Shown in pieces: positions 1-15,285 of a stretch of 21,031 bases of DNA. Numbering within the stretch: the stretch's first letter is position 1; every line of letters starts with the position of its first letter. The translations under genes and the position numbers were made by a program. The DNA is taken from positions 1 through 21,031 of the forward strand of contig JAYUCR010000397.1 of assembly GCA_043740165.1 (NCBI GenBank). Direction: 5' to 3'. This DNA comes from Acidobacteriota bacterium (lineage in GTDB: Bacteria; Acidobacteriota; Polarisedimenticolia; Gp22-AA2). Below the pieces are notes generated by a model, which worked only from the letters and a program-made list of their open reading frames with translations, was not told the DNA's origin and made no database searches.

Positions 1-49
1 GAAATCAAAATTATCAGCATAAATTGCGCGAAGAGAATCAGCAGTCGAT

Positions 50-3000
50 TCATCGAGCTCCGCCGGGCCCCGGTGACTGCTCCCGTCCGCCAGGATCGAC
101 GGCCTTCTCGCCGCTCAGCGTGTTCAGCCGCTGCTTCAGTTCCGGCTGGTCCGGATTCAATCTGAGGGATTCGCGAAAAGCGCGGACAGCCTCGTCGGGC
201 ATCCCGAGCTTGAGGTCGATCTCCCCGAGGAGCTCCTGAAGTCCGGCCTCGCTCGGAAGGCGCTGGATCGCCGTGCGTATCAGATCCAGCGCCTCGCGCT
301 CACGCGATTGATCGAGGAGCCATCTTCCCAGGTTGAGGTACGCGGGGACGTAGAGCGGATTGATCTGTAATGCGCGGCGCATTTCGCTCTCCCCTTCTTT
401 CGCGTTCCCGCGTTTCAACAGGGCCAGCCCCAGGTTGTGGTGCACGTCGGCATACCCCGGATCCAGGGCAGCCGCCTTGCGGTAGGCGGCGATTTCGTCC
501 TCGGGGCGGCCGAGCCGTCCGAAAACCGCCCCGAGATTGTTGAACGCGGAGGCGTAGGAGGGATCGATGACCGTAGCGCGCTCGAGCTCCTGGCGCGCCT
601 CCTCCAGCCGGCCACCCAGATAGAGCAGCCCTCCGAAATTGGTGCGGACGGCGGCATTGTCCGGGTCGCGGCGAAGGGCATTGCGGAACTGCGTCTCGGC
701 GGCCTTCATGTCGCCGCGATCCTCGTAAACCAGGGCGAGGTTGCTGTAGGAGCCCGCGAAACTGGCGTCGGCGGCGATGGCCCGATGAAACGCCTCGATC
801 GCCGGTTCGATTTGTTTCCGGTTCTTCAGGATGACGCCGATGTTGTTGTAGGCCTCGGCGTAGTCCGGGTCGATCGCGACCACCTTCCGAAATTGCTCCA
901 GCGCCTCGTCGGTCCGCCCCAGCCGGTCAAAGAGGATGCCGAGGCTGTTGCGGGCGTCGGCGAAATTGGGCTCGTATTCCAGCGCGCGCCGGAAGTGCGT
1001 CTCCGCCCCGGCCGTGTCTCCCTGATCGAGCGCCATGTTGCCGAGCAGATTCTCAGCCTCCTTGGAACGGGGCTGCCGCTTCATGTGCTCATCGAGGGCC
1101 CGTGTCGCGGCGGCGTAGTCCTTCTTCTTGTAGTACGCGCGCGCCATGTTCAGGCGGGCGATCGTCAGGTCCTCGGAAGCCGCGACGGCCTTTTCGAACT
1201 CCCCCAGGGCGTCATCGTAGCGGCCCTGGCCGAGCAGGATGGTGCCGCGGTTATTGTGCGTGTTCGCCGTCTCCCCCGCCAGGTACCCGAGAGATCGGAG
1301 TTTTTCGATCCGCTCCGCGTCACCGGCAGCGTCGGGGCTCGCGCCCGACGGCGCCGGGGGGACGCCGCCCGCCGAGGAGCTGGAGCCGGGAGGCATTTCG
1401 GGTGGCGCCGCCTCCGGCCCCGCGGCGACCCTGGCCGGCGCCCCGGTCGCCGCCGGGTTGGCGGGGTTCTCCCATGATGGAATGTAGGCTTCGGGATGCT
1501 CCTTCAGGAATTCCGGGGCGAACGCCTCGGTGATCGGCCGCCCGTCCATGTCCTCGCCCACGGGCAAGCCGTACAGGCGCAACAGGGTGGGGGTGATGTC
1601 GAGCACGGAGGCCTCATCCAGCTCGACCCCGCGCCGGAATTCCGGGCCGTGCAGCACGAGAATCCCGTACTTACGATGCCAGTCCGCCGCGGCCCCGTAC
1701 CCGATGCGCGACTCGGTGAGCGGACGATTTTCGCCGGTCCTGAATCCATGGTCGGAGAGCACCATCACCGTGGTCGGATGGATCCCTTCCAGAAGTCGAC
1801 CCAATGCGGCGTCGGCCTGGACGTAGTATTCATCCACGACCCTCCCGAAGCGCTGCCGGGATTCGGCGTCGATGCCCTGCAGCGGCGGCGGCGCATAGGG
1901 CATGAACAGGTGCGCCGCCGTGTCGGTGCCCTCGAAATAGACCGCGGTGAAGTCGGTGTCATAGCGCGCCTCGAGCGCCAGTGCCACCCTCTCGTAGGTC
2001 CTGCCCGAGGCCAGAAGCGTCTTGAAGTTCTCGACCAGCCGGCTCTGATTTTCCGGCAGCGAGCTCGGATCCGGAGGCATCCGCATGAAGGGCGTCAGAT
2101 CCTGCATCAGGATGTTTTCCGGCGTCACGGTCAGCGATGTCACCAGCGCGTCCGCCTCGGGGGGCGAAACCTTGCCTTCGCGCGCCCCGCCGTCGACGGC
2201 GCGCGCGCCGAACAGCTGGTACGCGACCCGGTCGGAGACCACGAACCCGTTCACCTGCTCGGCGGGATAAGTCGCCCACCACCCGACGATTCCGACCCTC
2301 ACCCCGCGCTCTCCGAGCATGTTCCAGATCGCCTTGACGCGGCGCTGCGTCGCGCTGACCGGGACGCGCTCCCCTTCCCGCTCGGTGTTGGCCACGAAGT
2401 CCAGAATGCCGTGGCGCGCCGGCACCACTCCCGTCGCGATGCTGGTCCAGATGACCGGCGAAAGCATCGGATTGATGCTGCGCAGCCGGGCCCGAACCCC
2501 CTCGTGGACGAGCCGGGCAAGATGCGGCATCCGGCCGCTGCTCATCAACGGGTCGATGATGTTCCAGTCGGCGCCGTCCAGGCCGACGAGGAGCACCTTT
2601 CCCAGGGCGCCCCCGCGCGTCGCCGTCAGGGGGGTCCCGTTGTCGGCCCGGATGCGGACCCCCGGAACCTCGCACGACAGGAGGACCAGCCCCGCCTCCC
2701 GGAAGCGATCCCCCAGGGTGCGGCTGAGCGCCGCCTGGAGCTCCTCGGTGTGCGTCCCGGAGATATCCGCATAGCTGGCCGCCGCCAGGGCGCCACGGAT
2801 CGCCTCCAGGACCCATCGGCTGATGGCGTCGCCTTCCAGGCGCGGTCCGAGGGTCCGGTGCACCTCGATCAGCCGCTCCGGATCGACGCGGTAGCGCAGG
2901 GTCACCGAGGTTTCAACTTCGGTCCCTTCGCGCGTGGCGAGCGGCCGGCGGGAGCCGCCCAGGGAAATATCGAGGGTCGCTGAACGGACGGCGTAGAGGC

Positions 3001-3199
3001 TGATCCGGAACAGCCCCGGCGGGGCGAGGTGCCATCCCTCGGGCACGATGCGCGGCGAGATGAGGCCGAGCCGTGAATCCAGAACGGCAGCCCGGCCGTC
3101 GTCTTCGGTGCGGCGCAGGCCGGCTCCGAGCCAGACGCATAAAAACAGCAGGAGGACGCCGGCGGCCATACGGCGTCGTCTCAGCACCTCCGGTGTCAT
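50..3199 (-). CDS. Membrane-anchored multidomain protein. It has an N-terminal signal/TM segment, a type I phosphodiesterase/alkaline-phosphatase-superfamily domain and a C-terminal array of TPR repeats.
   Basis: 1049-aa ORF. The N-terminus MTPEVLRRRRMAAGVLLLFLCVWLGAG looks like a signal/anchor. The stretch VLLVGLDGADWNIIDPL...VLSDHGF resembles Phosphodiest/AlkP-family metal-site motifs. The C-terminal half consists of repeated 34-aa TPR-like units (AxxYxxLGxxxxxxGxxxEAxxxxxxAL pattern, many copies). Stop TGA at 52-50. Confidence 0.75.
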   Translation of the reverse strand: MTPEVLRRRRMAAGVLLLFLCVWLGAGLRRTEDDGRAAVLDSRLGLISPRIVPEGWHLAPPGLFRISLYAVRSATLDISLGGSRRPLATREGTEVETSVTLRYRVDPERLIEVHRTLGPRLEGDAISRWVLEAIRGALAAASYADISGTHTEELQAALSRTLGDRFREAGLVLLSCEVPGVRIRADNGTPLTATRGGALGKVLLVGLDGADWNIIDPLMSSGRMPHLARLVHEGVRARLRSINPMLSPVIWTSIATGVVPARHGILDFVANTEREGERVPVSATQRRVKAIWNMLGERGVRVGIVGWWATYPAEQVNGFVVSDRVAYQLFGARAVDGGAREGKVSPPEADALVTSLTVTPENILMQDLTPFMRMPPDPSSLPENQSRLVENFKTLLASGRTYERVALALEARYDTDFTAVYFEGTDTAAHLFMPYAPPPLQGIDAESRQRFGRVVDEYYVQADAALGRLLEGIHPTTVMVLSDHGFRTGENRPLTESRIGYGAAADWHRKYGILVLHGPEFRRGVELDEASVLDITPTLLRLYGLPVGEDMDGRPITEAFAPEFLKEHPEAYIPSWENPANPAATGAPARVAAGPEAAPPEMPPGSSSSAGGVPPAPSGASPDAAGDAERIEKLRSLGYLAGETANTHNNRGTILLGQGRYDDALGEFEKAVAASEDLTIARLNMARAYYKKKDYAAATRALDEHMKRQPRSKEAENLLGNMALDQGDTAGAETHFRRALEYEPNFADARNSLGILFDRLGRTDEALEQFRKVVAIDPDYAEAYNNIGVILKNRKQIEPAIEAFHRAIAADASFAGSYSNLALVYEDRGDMKAAETQFRNALRRDPDNAAVRTNFGGLLYLGGRLEEARQELERATVIDPSYASAFNNLGAVFGRLGRPEDEIAAYRKAAALDPGYADVHHNLGLALLKRGNAKEGESEMRRALQINPLYVPAYLNLGRWLLDQSREREALDLIRTAIQRLPSEAGLQELLGEIDLKLGMPDEAVRAFRESLRLNPDQPELKQRLNTLSGEKAVDPGGREQSPGPGGAR

Positions 3200-3224
3200 G
3201 GGCCGGGTGGCGAGCGGAACCCGA

Positions 3225-5671
<2,447 letters not shown>

Positions 5672-5750
5672 GCTCAACTCCTCCGCCCGCCGCACCAGGC
5701 GGTGGGATCGTGTCCAGAAGATAAGGTCGGATGAAAGAGGTCAGGATACG

Positions 5751-5767
5751 GGAGGACGCCGCCTCCG
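5751..5767 (-). terminator. GGAGG-N6-CCTCC hairpin immediately 3-prime of the dnaE stop codon; weak candidate terminator
   Basis: The inverted repeat was read directly from the sequence. The following minus-strand sequence is only moderately U/C-rich, so it may act as an RNA stability element rather than an intrinsic terminator. Confidence 0.2.
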
Positions 5768-9235
<3,468 letters not shown>

Positions 9236-9236
9236 C

Positions 9237-10787
9237 CTACTCCCACTCGATGGTGGCCGGGGGCTTGCTGCTGATGTCGTAGACGACGCGGTTGATGCCG
9301 CGCACCTCGTTCACGATGCGCAACGAGACGCGCGCCAGGAATTCGTGCGGCAGCCTGGCCCAGTCGGCGGTCATGAAGTCGTCGGTGGTGACGGCGCGGA
9401 TCGCCGCGACGTTCTCGTAGGTCCGGCCATCCCCCATCACGCCGACCGACTTGACCGGCAGGAGCACAACGAACGCCTGCGCGGTCGCGTCGTACAGCGA
9501 CGCGGCCCGCAGCTCGGCGATGAAGATCGCGTCGGCGCGGCGCAGGAGATCGAGACGCGGGCGTGTCACCTCGCCGAGGATCCGCACCGCCAGCCCCGGC
9601 CCGGGAAACGGGTGCCGCATCACGAGATCCTTCGCCAGGCCCAGCTCCAGCCCGACGCGGCGGACCTCGTCCTTGAACAGATCGCGCAGCGGCTCCACCA
9701 GCTTGAGGCGCATCGCTTTGGGGAGGCCGCCGACGTTGTGGTGCGTCTTGATGACCGCCGAGGGGCCCTTGAAGGAGGTCGATTCGATCCGATCGGGATA
9801 AAGGGTCCCCTGCGCCAGGAACTCGACCGGCCCGAGCGTCCTGGCCTCCTTGTCGAACACCTCGATGAAGACCCGGCCGATGGCGCGGCGCTTGGCCTCC
9901 GGATCCTCGACCCCCGAGAGCGCGGTGAGAAAGGCGTCGGCGGCCTCGACGCGCCGGACCGCCAGGTGGTACCCGGTGGAAAAGGCGCGCACCACCTCGT
10001 CCCCCTCGTCCTGGCGCAGCAGGCCGTTGTCGATGAACAGACAGGTGAGGCGATCGCCGATGGCGCGGTGGATCAGGAGGGCCGCCACGGCCGAGTCGAC
10101 GCCGCCCGAAAGCCCGGCGACCACGCGCCCCGCTCCGACCGTCTCCTGCACTTCGCGCACCGCCTCCTCGATGAACGAGCTGATCTTCCAGTCCCCGGAG
10201 CAGCCACAGACGGCGTGCAGGAACGACCCCAGGATCTCGCGCCCATGGATCGTGTGCGACACCTCGGGATGGAACTGGATGGCGTACAGCCGGCGCCGCG
10301 CATCCACCATGGCGGCGCAGGCGGCGTTGGTGCTCCGGGCGACGGTGCGGAAGCCGGGCGGTGGCTCCAGGATCGAGTCGCCGTGGCTCATCCAGACCCG
10401 CTGCGACTTCGGCACGGAGCCGAAGATCGCCGCGTCGCCGGTGATCGTGAGATCGGACGGGCCATACTCGCGCTCCGGCACGCGCTCCACCCGGCCGCCC
10501 AGCGTGTAGGCCATGAGCTGCATGCCATAGCAGATCCCGAGAATCGGCACGCCGAGATCGAACAGCGCCGGGTCGACGCGCGGCGCCCCTTCGCCGTAGA
10601 CCGAGTCGGGCCCGCCGGAAAGGATGATGCCGCGGGGCCCCATGGCGCGCAGCGTCCCGATCGGCGTGTTGAACGGAAGCAATTCGCTGTAGACGCGCAG
10701 CTCGCGCACCCGCCGCGCGATCAGCTGGCTGAACTGCGACCCGAAGTCGAGGACCAGGACCGTCTCGCGGGTCGCCCCTCGGCTCAT
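9237..10787 (-). CDS. guaA: GMP synthase (glutamine-hydrolysing)
   Basis: 516-aa ORF with an N-terminal class-I glutamine amidotransferase domain ([28 protein letters not shown]) and an ATP-pyrophosphatase P-loop (SGGVDSAV). It ends with the universal IEWE terminus. Its start overlaps the holA stop by 4 nt (ATGA). Confidence 0.93.
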   Translation of the reverse strand: MSRGATRETVLVLDFGSQFSQLIARRVRELRVYSELLPFNTPIGTLRAMGPRGIILSGGPDSVYGEGAPRVDPALFDLGVPILGICYGMQLMAYTLGGRVERVPEREYGPSDLTITGDAAIFGSVPKSQRVWMSHGDSILEPPPGFRTVARSTNAACAAMVDARRRLYAIQFHPEVSHTIHGREILGSFLHAVCGCSGDWKISSFIEEAVREVQETVGAGRVVAGLSGGVDSAVAALLIHRAIGDRLTCLFIDNGLLRQDEGDEVVRAFSTGYHLAVRRVEAADAFLTALSGVEDPEAKRRAIGRVFIEVFDKEARTLGPVEFLAQGTLYPDRIESTSFKGPSAVIKTHHNVGGLPKAMRLKLVEPLRDLFKDEVRRVGLELGLAKDLVMRHPFPGPGLAVRILGEVTRPRLDLLRRADAIFIAELRAASLYDATAQAFVVLLPVKSVGVMGDGRTYENVAAIRAVTTDDFMTADWARLPHEFLARVSLRIVNEVRGINRVVYDISSKPPATIEWE

Positions 10788-11812
10788 GACGCTCCCCCCG
10801 CGGCGCGGGCGATGCCATGCACCAGGCGCTCGAACGCATGCGCCGGGTTCTTCGCTCCGGCCCCTTTGATCTCCCGGTCGGCGCGCAGGCAGAGTCTCAG
10901 GGCGCGCCGCAGCTGCGGCGCGCTCACCTTCCCTGTCTCGCTGCGGAGCTGCTCGACGCGGCCCGGGTTGAGACCGTAGAGAGCCTGGAGATCGCGCGGC
11001 GGCACGCGGCGATCGGCAGCGGCGCGCGCCTTCAGGGCGGCGCGCAGGTACCAGGCGATGGCCCCCAGCATCATGGGCGGCTCCTCGCCCGATTCGAGGA
11101 GATCGCGCACGCTCCTGAGGGCAGGCCCGCGATCGCCTCGCAGCGCCAGGAGGGCCACCTGGAACGCCGAGCCGACGCGCGGCACGTCCGCCAGGATGCC
11201 GAGGTCGGTCACCTCGACCGGCCGGGGCGCGCCGATGGCGGCCATCAGCTTTTCCATCTCCGAATCAACGCGCGCCAGGCCGGCGCCCGACAGGCCCACC
11301 GCGATCGCCTCCGCGAGCTCCGGCGAGAGGCCGAAGCTGCGCCCCTTCAGGCGATCCCGCACCCAGGCGGCCACCTGGGAGACGTCGCGCAGGGCGCCGC
11401 AGTCGACGCGAGTCGCCGCGGCGGCCAGGGCCTTGTAGACGGCCCGGCGGGCGTCGAATTCGGCGTCGCTGAAGATCAGGCAGGTGCTTGCGCTCGGTCG
11501 CGCCAGGTAGGCCTTGAGAGACTCGACGCTCTCCGCCTTCAGGCCTGAAGCGCGCCGGACCAGGATCAGCCGCCGGCCCGCCCCCATCGGATAGGTCGAG
11601 GCGAGGTCGAGAAGCTCTTGCAGGTCGGCCTCCCGCCCGTCGACGACGTGCCGGTTGATCCCCCCCGCGTCGACGGGCAGGGCGGCCCGTTCCAGGAGGC
11701 GGATCCCCTCCTCGTGAAAAAAAGTCTCCGGCCCCTCGAACAGGTAGACGGGATCGATCTGCCCGCGCAGGAGCGCCTGCTGCAATTGCGCGAATCGCAG
11801 GGAGGCGACCAT
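10784..11812 (-). CDS. holA: DNA polymerase III delta subunit
   Basis: 342-aa ORF. The N-terminus [23 protein letters not shown] and the overall AAA+-like architecture match HolA. Its position between lptE and downstream genes matches the conserved leuS-lptE-holA synteny. Confidence 0.8.
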   Translation of the reverse strand: MVASLRFAQLQQALLRGQIDPVYLFEGPETFFHEEGIRLLERAALPVDAGGINRHVVDGREADLQELLDLASTYPMGAGRRLILVRRASGLKAESVESLKAYLARPSASTCLIFSDAEFDARRAVYKALAAAATRVDCGALRDVSQVAAWVRDRLKGRSFGLSPELAEAIAVGLSGAGLARVDSEMEKLMAAIGAPRPVEVTDLGILADVPRVGSAFQVALLALRGDRGPALRSVRDLLESGEEPPMMLGAIAWYLRAALKARAAADRRVPPRDLQALYGLNPGRVEQLRSETGKVSAPQLRRALRLCLRADREIKGAGAKNPAHAFERLVHGIARAAGGAS

Positions 11813-11817
11813 CGGCT

Positions 11818-12348
11818 TCAGAACCCCTCCAGGATCGAGCTGACCACGCTCTTCGCGAAGTCGGTCGCGACCTCGTCGATCGCGACGATTTCCTGATCCA
11901 CGAAGGTGCTGGGAGTCGCCGGCACCTCGTACTGGCGCTTGAACAGGAAATGGTCGTCGGACCAGAGAACCTTGTCGGTTTTGACCTCGCTCAGGACGAC
12001 GCGCGCGGTGATCAGAATCTCGTAGCGCCGCGCCCGTCCCTGCTCGCTGATCACGACCGGCGTCGTCGTGTAGCTGTAGAGCGTGCCGCGCAGCACGGCA
12101 TCGGCCCCTTCCTCTCCCGGCACGATGCGCACCCGGCCGCGGGTCGTGAACTCGTCGATCACGTGCTCGGTGACCCGCTGCTCGACCTCGGCGCGGCTTG
12201 TCCGGTTGATGAAGATCGGGATCCCGACGGCATGGACCGTCGGCGGCAGCGTGCTCCCCCGCCCGGCCAGGTGGTAGCCGCAGCCCGTCGACGCGATGGC
12301 GAGCGTCAGGGAGAGGGATCGCGCCAGCGCGGCGGTTCGGGGCGACAT
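11818..12348 (-). CDS. lptE: LPS-assembly lipoprotein LptE (RlpB-like)
   Basis: 176-aa ORF with a lipoprotein signal ending ...LAIASTGC followed by the characteristic CGYHLAG mature N-terminus of LptE. It sits immediately downstream of leuS, the conserved position. Confidence 0.7.
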   Translation of the reverse strand: MSPRTAALARSLSLTLAIASTGCGYHLAGRGSTLPPTVHAVGIPIFINRTSRAEVEQRVTEHVIDEFTTRGRVRIVPGEEGADAVLRGTLYSYTTTPVVISEQGRARRYEILITARVVLSEVKTDKVLWSDDHFLFKRQYEVPATPSTFVDQEIVAIDEVATDFAKSVVSSILEGF

Positions 12349-12361
12349 GGTCGCATTATAG

Positions 12362-12378
12362 CAGCGCCGCCGCGGCGC
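12362..12378 (-). terminator. AGCGCCG-CCG-CGGCGCT perfect 7-bp hairpin between the leuS stop and the lptE start
   Basis: Read directly from the sequence. On the minus strand it is followed by GCUAUAAUGCGACC-AUG, so a TATAAT hexamer sits 6 nt before the lptE ATG. It could be an attenuator or a stabiliser, and the call is unproven. Confidence 0.2.
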
Positions 12379-12421
12379 TCCCGCCGGCGAATGGGACCCA
12401 TGGGAATACCCGGACGGGCGC

Positions 12422-14956
12422 CTACTGCGCGACGATATTCAGCAGCTTTCCCGGCAGGTAGATGATCTTGCGAATCGACTTGCCCGCGAGGTGCGCCTCG
12501 ACCCGCTGGTCGCCGCGCGCCAGGGCCACCGCCTCGGATTCGCCCGTCGACGCCGGCACGCGCAGGTGACCGCGGAGCCGCCCGTTGACCTGGACCACGA
12601 CCTCGACCAGGTCCTCGCGCATCCAGGCGGGATCGGCGGCCGGCCAGGGCTGCGCCATCGCCTCCCCCTTCCCCCCGAGGCCCTCCCAGATCGCCTCCGA
12701 GATGTGCGGTGCCAGCGGCTGCAGCAGGAGCGCCATGCTCATGCCGGCTTCCTTGATGTAGGGATCGTCCCCCGGCGCGGCGTCGCGGGCGAAGTCCTGG
12801 GTGGCGTTCAGGAGCTCCATCACCGAGGAGACCGGGGTGTTGAGGTGCAGCCGCTTCTCGATGTCGGAGGTCACGCGTTCGATCGTCTGATGGACCTTGC
12901 GCCGCAGGGCCGCCCGGCGCGCATCGTCCGCCCCGTCGAGCCCGGAGGGCAGGGAGGCCGCCGCGAGCGCCGCCGCGCGCGGCGCCAGCAGCCGCCACAC
13001 CTTCTCGAGGAACCGGAAGCACCCCTCGACCCCTTTCTCGTTCCACTCCAGATCCTTCTCCGGCGGCGCGGCGAACAGGGTGAACAGGCGCGTCGTGTCG
13101 GCGCCGTAGCGCCGGATCATCTCGTCAGGGTCGACGACGTTCCCCTTCGACTTCGACATCGCCGTCCCCCCCTTCAGCACCATCCCCTGGCAGAGGAGGC
13201 GGGTCACCGGCTCGTCGACGCGGACCAGGCCCAGGTCGCGCAGCACCTTGGTGAAGAAGCGGCAATAAATAAGATGAAGCGTCGCGTGGGTGATCCCTCC
13301 GACATACAGATCGATGGGGAACCAGGAAGCGACGATCTCGGGGTCGAACGGCGCCTGGTCGTTGCGCGGATCGCAGTACCGGTAGAAGTACCAGGCGGAG
13401 TCGAAGAAAGTGTCCATGGTATCGGTCTCGCGACGCGCCGCGCTGCCGCAGCGCGGACAGGTCGCCCGCACGAACGTCTCGGAGAGGGCCAGGGGCGATC
13501 CGCCCTGCCCGGTGAGCGGCACGTCCTCCGGGAGCAGCACCGGCAGGTCCCTGTCGGGCACCGGAACCACACCACAGCGCTCGCAGTAGACCACCGGGAT
13601 CGGGGTCCCCCAGTAACGCTGCCGCGAGATCCCCCAGTCGAGCAGGCGGAACTGCACCGTGGTGCGGGCGAACCCGCCCTCCTCGCCGGCCCGCGCCATC
13701 GCCGCGCGCGCTTCGGCCGAAGACAGGCCGGTGAAGCGCCCCGAATCGACGAGCACGCCGTCGGCGGTCATCGCCGCGAGGGGCGCTCCCCGCTCCGCCG
13801 GCGACGGAGAGGACTCCGGCGCTGGGGCAGCGGGCGCCTGCTCGCGGATCACGAACCGGATCGGCAGGCCGTAGCGCCGGGCGAATTCGAAATCGCGCTC
13901 GTCGTGCGCCGGGACCGCCATGATGGCGCCGGTGCCGTACCCCATCAGCACGAAGTTCCCGGCGTATACGGGTAAGCGCCCGCCGCTGCAGGGATTCCGG
14001 ACGACAAGCCCACTGTCGACCCCTTCCTTCTCCGCCAGATCGGCGCCGGGCCTGGTGACATCGCGCGCCGCGCCGACCCGCCGCCGGAATTCCTCCAGAC
14101 GAATCCCGGCGGGGCTCGCTGGCTCGACGCGCCGCAACACCGGGTGCTCCGGGGCGACCACGCAGAAGGTCGCGCCGAAGATGGTGTCGAGACGGGTGGT
14201 GAAAATCTCCAGCGCCTCCCCGGTCTCCGCGGACCCGTCGAGAATCGGGAAGCGCACCACGGCCCCAACGCTTCGGCCAATCCAGTTCTGCTGCATCAGC
14301 CGGACCTTCTCCGGCCAGCCCGGCAGCCGATCCAGGCCGGCGAGCAACTCCTCCGAGTAGGCGGAGATGCGCAGGAACCACTGCTCCAGCTCGCGGCGCG
14401 ACACGACCGAATCGCAGCGCCAGCAGCGCCCCGCCTCGACCTGCTCGTTCGCCAGGACGGTCTGGCAGGAGTCGCACCAGTTCACGTCCCGCCGGCTGCG
14501 GTAGGCCAGACCCCGCTCCAGCATCCGGAGAAAAAACCACTGGTTCCAGCGGTAGTAGTCGGGCCGGTGGGCGGCGATCTCGCGCGTCCAATCGTAGGAG
14601 AAGCCGAGCCGGCGGAGCTGTTCCCCCATGACGGCGATGTTCTCGTTGGTCCACTTCGCGGGAGGAATGCCGCGCTGAATGGCGGCGTTCTCCGCCGGCA
14701 TCCCGAACGAATCCCACCCCATCGGATGGAGCACCTGGTCGCCGCGCATCCGGCGGAACCGGGCCACCGCGTCCCCGATGGCGTAGTTGCGCACGTGCCC
14801 CATGTGCAGCCGTCCCGATGGATACGGCAGCATCTCGAGGCAATAGAACTTCCGCCCGGCGGCGCGCGCCGGCGCGCGAAACCCCCCGGCCGCGCGCCAG
14901 CGCTCCTGCCAGGCGCGCTCGATGGCGTCGAACTGATCGCGGTAATCGCCCTGCAT
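12422..14956 (-). CDS. leuS: Leucyl-tRNA synthetase
   Basis: Class I aaRS HMGH motif (PYPSGRLHMGHVRNY), KMSKS motif (VLKGGTAMSKSKGNVVDP) and a CxxC Zn cluster. The likely start is the ATG at 14956 (MQGDYRDQF..., matching the usual LeuS N-terminus). The ORF track offers an in-frame extension to 15034. Confidence 0.9.
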   Translation of the reverse strand: MQGDYRDQFDAIERAWQERWRAAGGFRAPARAAGRKFYCLEMLPYPSGRLHMGHVRNYAIGDAVARFRRMRGDQVLHPMGWDSFGMPAENAAIQRGIPPAKWTNENIAVMGEQLRRLGFSYDWTREIAAHRPDYYRWNQWFFLRMLERGLAYRSRRDVNWCDSCQTVLANEQVEAGRCWRCDSVVSRRELEQWFLRISAYSEELLAGLDRLPGWPEKVRLMQQNWIGRSVGAVVRFPILDGSAETGEALEIFTTRLDTIFGATFCVVAPEHPVLRRVEPASPAGIRLEEFRRRVGAARDVTRPGADLAEKEGVDSGLVVRNPCSGGRLPVYAGNFVLMGYGTGAIMAVPAHDERDFEFARRYGLPIRFVIREQAPAAPAPESSPSPAERGAPLAAMTADGVLVDSGRFTGLSSAEARAAMARAGEEGGFARTTVQFRLLDWGISRQRYWGTPIPVVYCERCGVVPVPDRDLPVLLPEDVPLTGQGGSPLALSETFVRATCPRCGSAARRETDTMDTFFDSAWYFYRYCDPRNDQAPFDPEIVASWFPIDLYVGGITHATLHLIYCRFFTKVLRDLGLVRVDEPVTRLLCQGMVLKGGTAMSKSKGNVVDPDEMIRRYGADTTRLFTLFAAPPEKDLEWNEKGVEGCFRFLEKVWRLLAPRAAALAAASLPSGLDGADDARRAALRRKVHQTIERVTSDIEKRLHLNTPVSSVMELLNATQDFARDAAPGDDPYIKEAGMSMALLLQPLAPHISEAIWEGLGGKGEAMAQPWPAADPAWMREDLVEVVVQVNGRLRGHLRVPASTGESEAVALARGDQRVEAHLAGKSIRKIIYLPGKLLNIVAQ

Positions 14957-15030
14957 AGAGGCGGATTCTAGGAGCCTGTCCGAGTATTCGCAAGGGCCGC
15001 GTTCGCCGCGCCGCGGCGAACCCGGAGGGC

Positions 15031-15053
15031 GCATGGGGATTGCGGCCCCATGC
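15031..15053. promoter_or_regulatory. Perfect 8-bp GC-rich inverted repeat GCATGGGG-N7-CCCCATGC in the leuS leader / divergent promoter region
   Basis: Read directly from the sequence. It is the first of four copies of a CCCATGC-type motif in this intergenic region. Confidence 0.3.
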
Positions 15054-15220
15054 TTCGTGGCTCCGCCTCATCAAGTGCACCCACATCGATTCCTCCTCGC
15101 GTCTCGCCTGGGACACGCAAGCCCCATGCGCGCGACCCATGCCAATACTCGGACCGGCTCCTAGTCGATTTCAGAATTGCAAGCGGGGCCTTCCGCCTTC
15201 CTTCCACCCCCCGCGTCACC

Positions 15221-15249
15221 TTGCGAGTCTGTCATCGGAACCTATATTC
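15221..15249 (+). promoter_or_regulatory. Sigma70-like promoter for the plus-strand operon: TTGCGA (-35), 17-bp spacer, TATATT (-10)
   Basis: Hexamers at 15221-15226 and 15244-15249 with an exact 17-bp spacer. The predicted TSS is near 15256, about 30 nt upstream of the first CDS, with a GGGGAGAGGGG SD in between. Confidence 0.4.
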
Positions 15250-15285
15250 CCTCCGCTCAAGACGCGGAAATAACCGGGGAGAGGG

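Noticed and set aside
1-49. 40-nt AT-rich segment (about 30% GC) at the window start, 3-prime of the TPR gene, as a possible terminator
   Set aside because: It is truncated by the window edge and shows only a weak 3-bp inverted repeat, so it cannot be called a terminator.
437-2983. Plus-strand ORFs 437..1477 and 1496..2983 (346 and 495 aa)
   Set aside because: They lie antisense to the 1049-aa TPR/phosphodiesterase gene, with biased low-complexity products and no recognisable motifs.
5684-5706. CCGCC-N6-GGCGG inverted repeat just upstream of the metK SD
   Set aside because: It is a short GC hairpin with no U-tract and lies inside a stretch the ORF track treats as coding. There is no basis for calling it regulatory.
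12491-15140. 494-aa plus ORF 12491..13975 and the 671-aa minus ORF 13125..15140
   Set aside because: These are antisense or alternate frames of leuS, with Arg/Pro-rich junk products.
15035-15285. tRNA, sRNA or riboswitch in the 250-bp intergenic region
   Set aside because: No cloverleaf-compatible structure and no recognisable riboswitch consensus. A T-box is not expected upstream of leuS in a Gram-negative-type genome.
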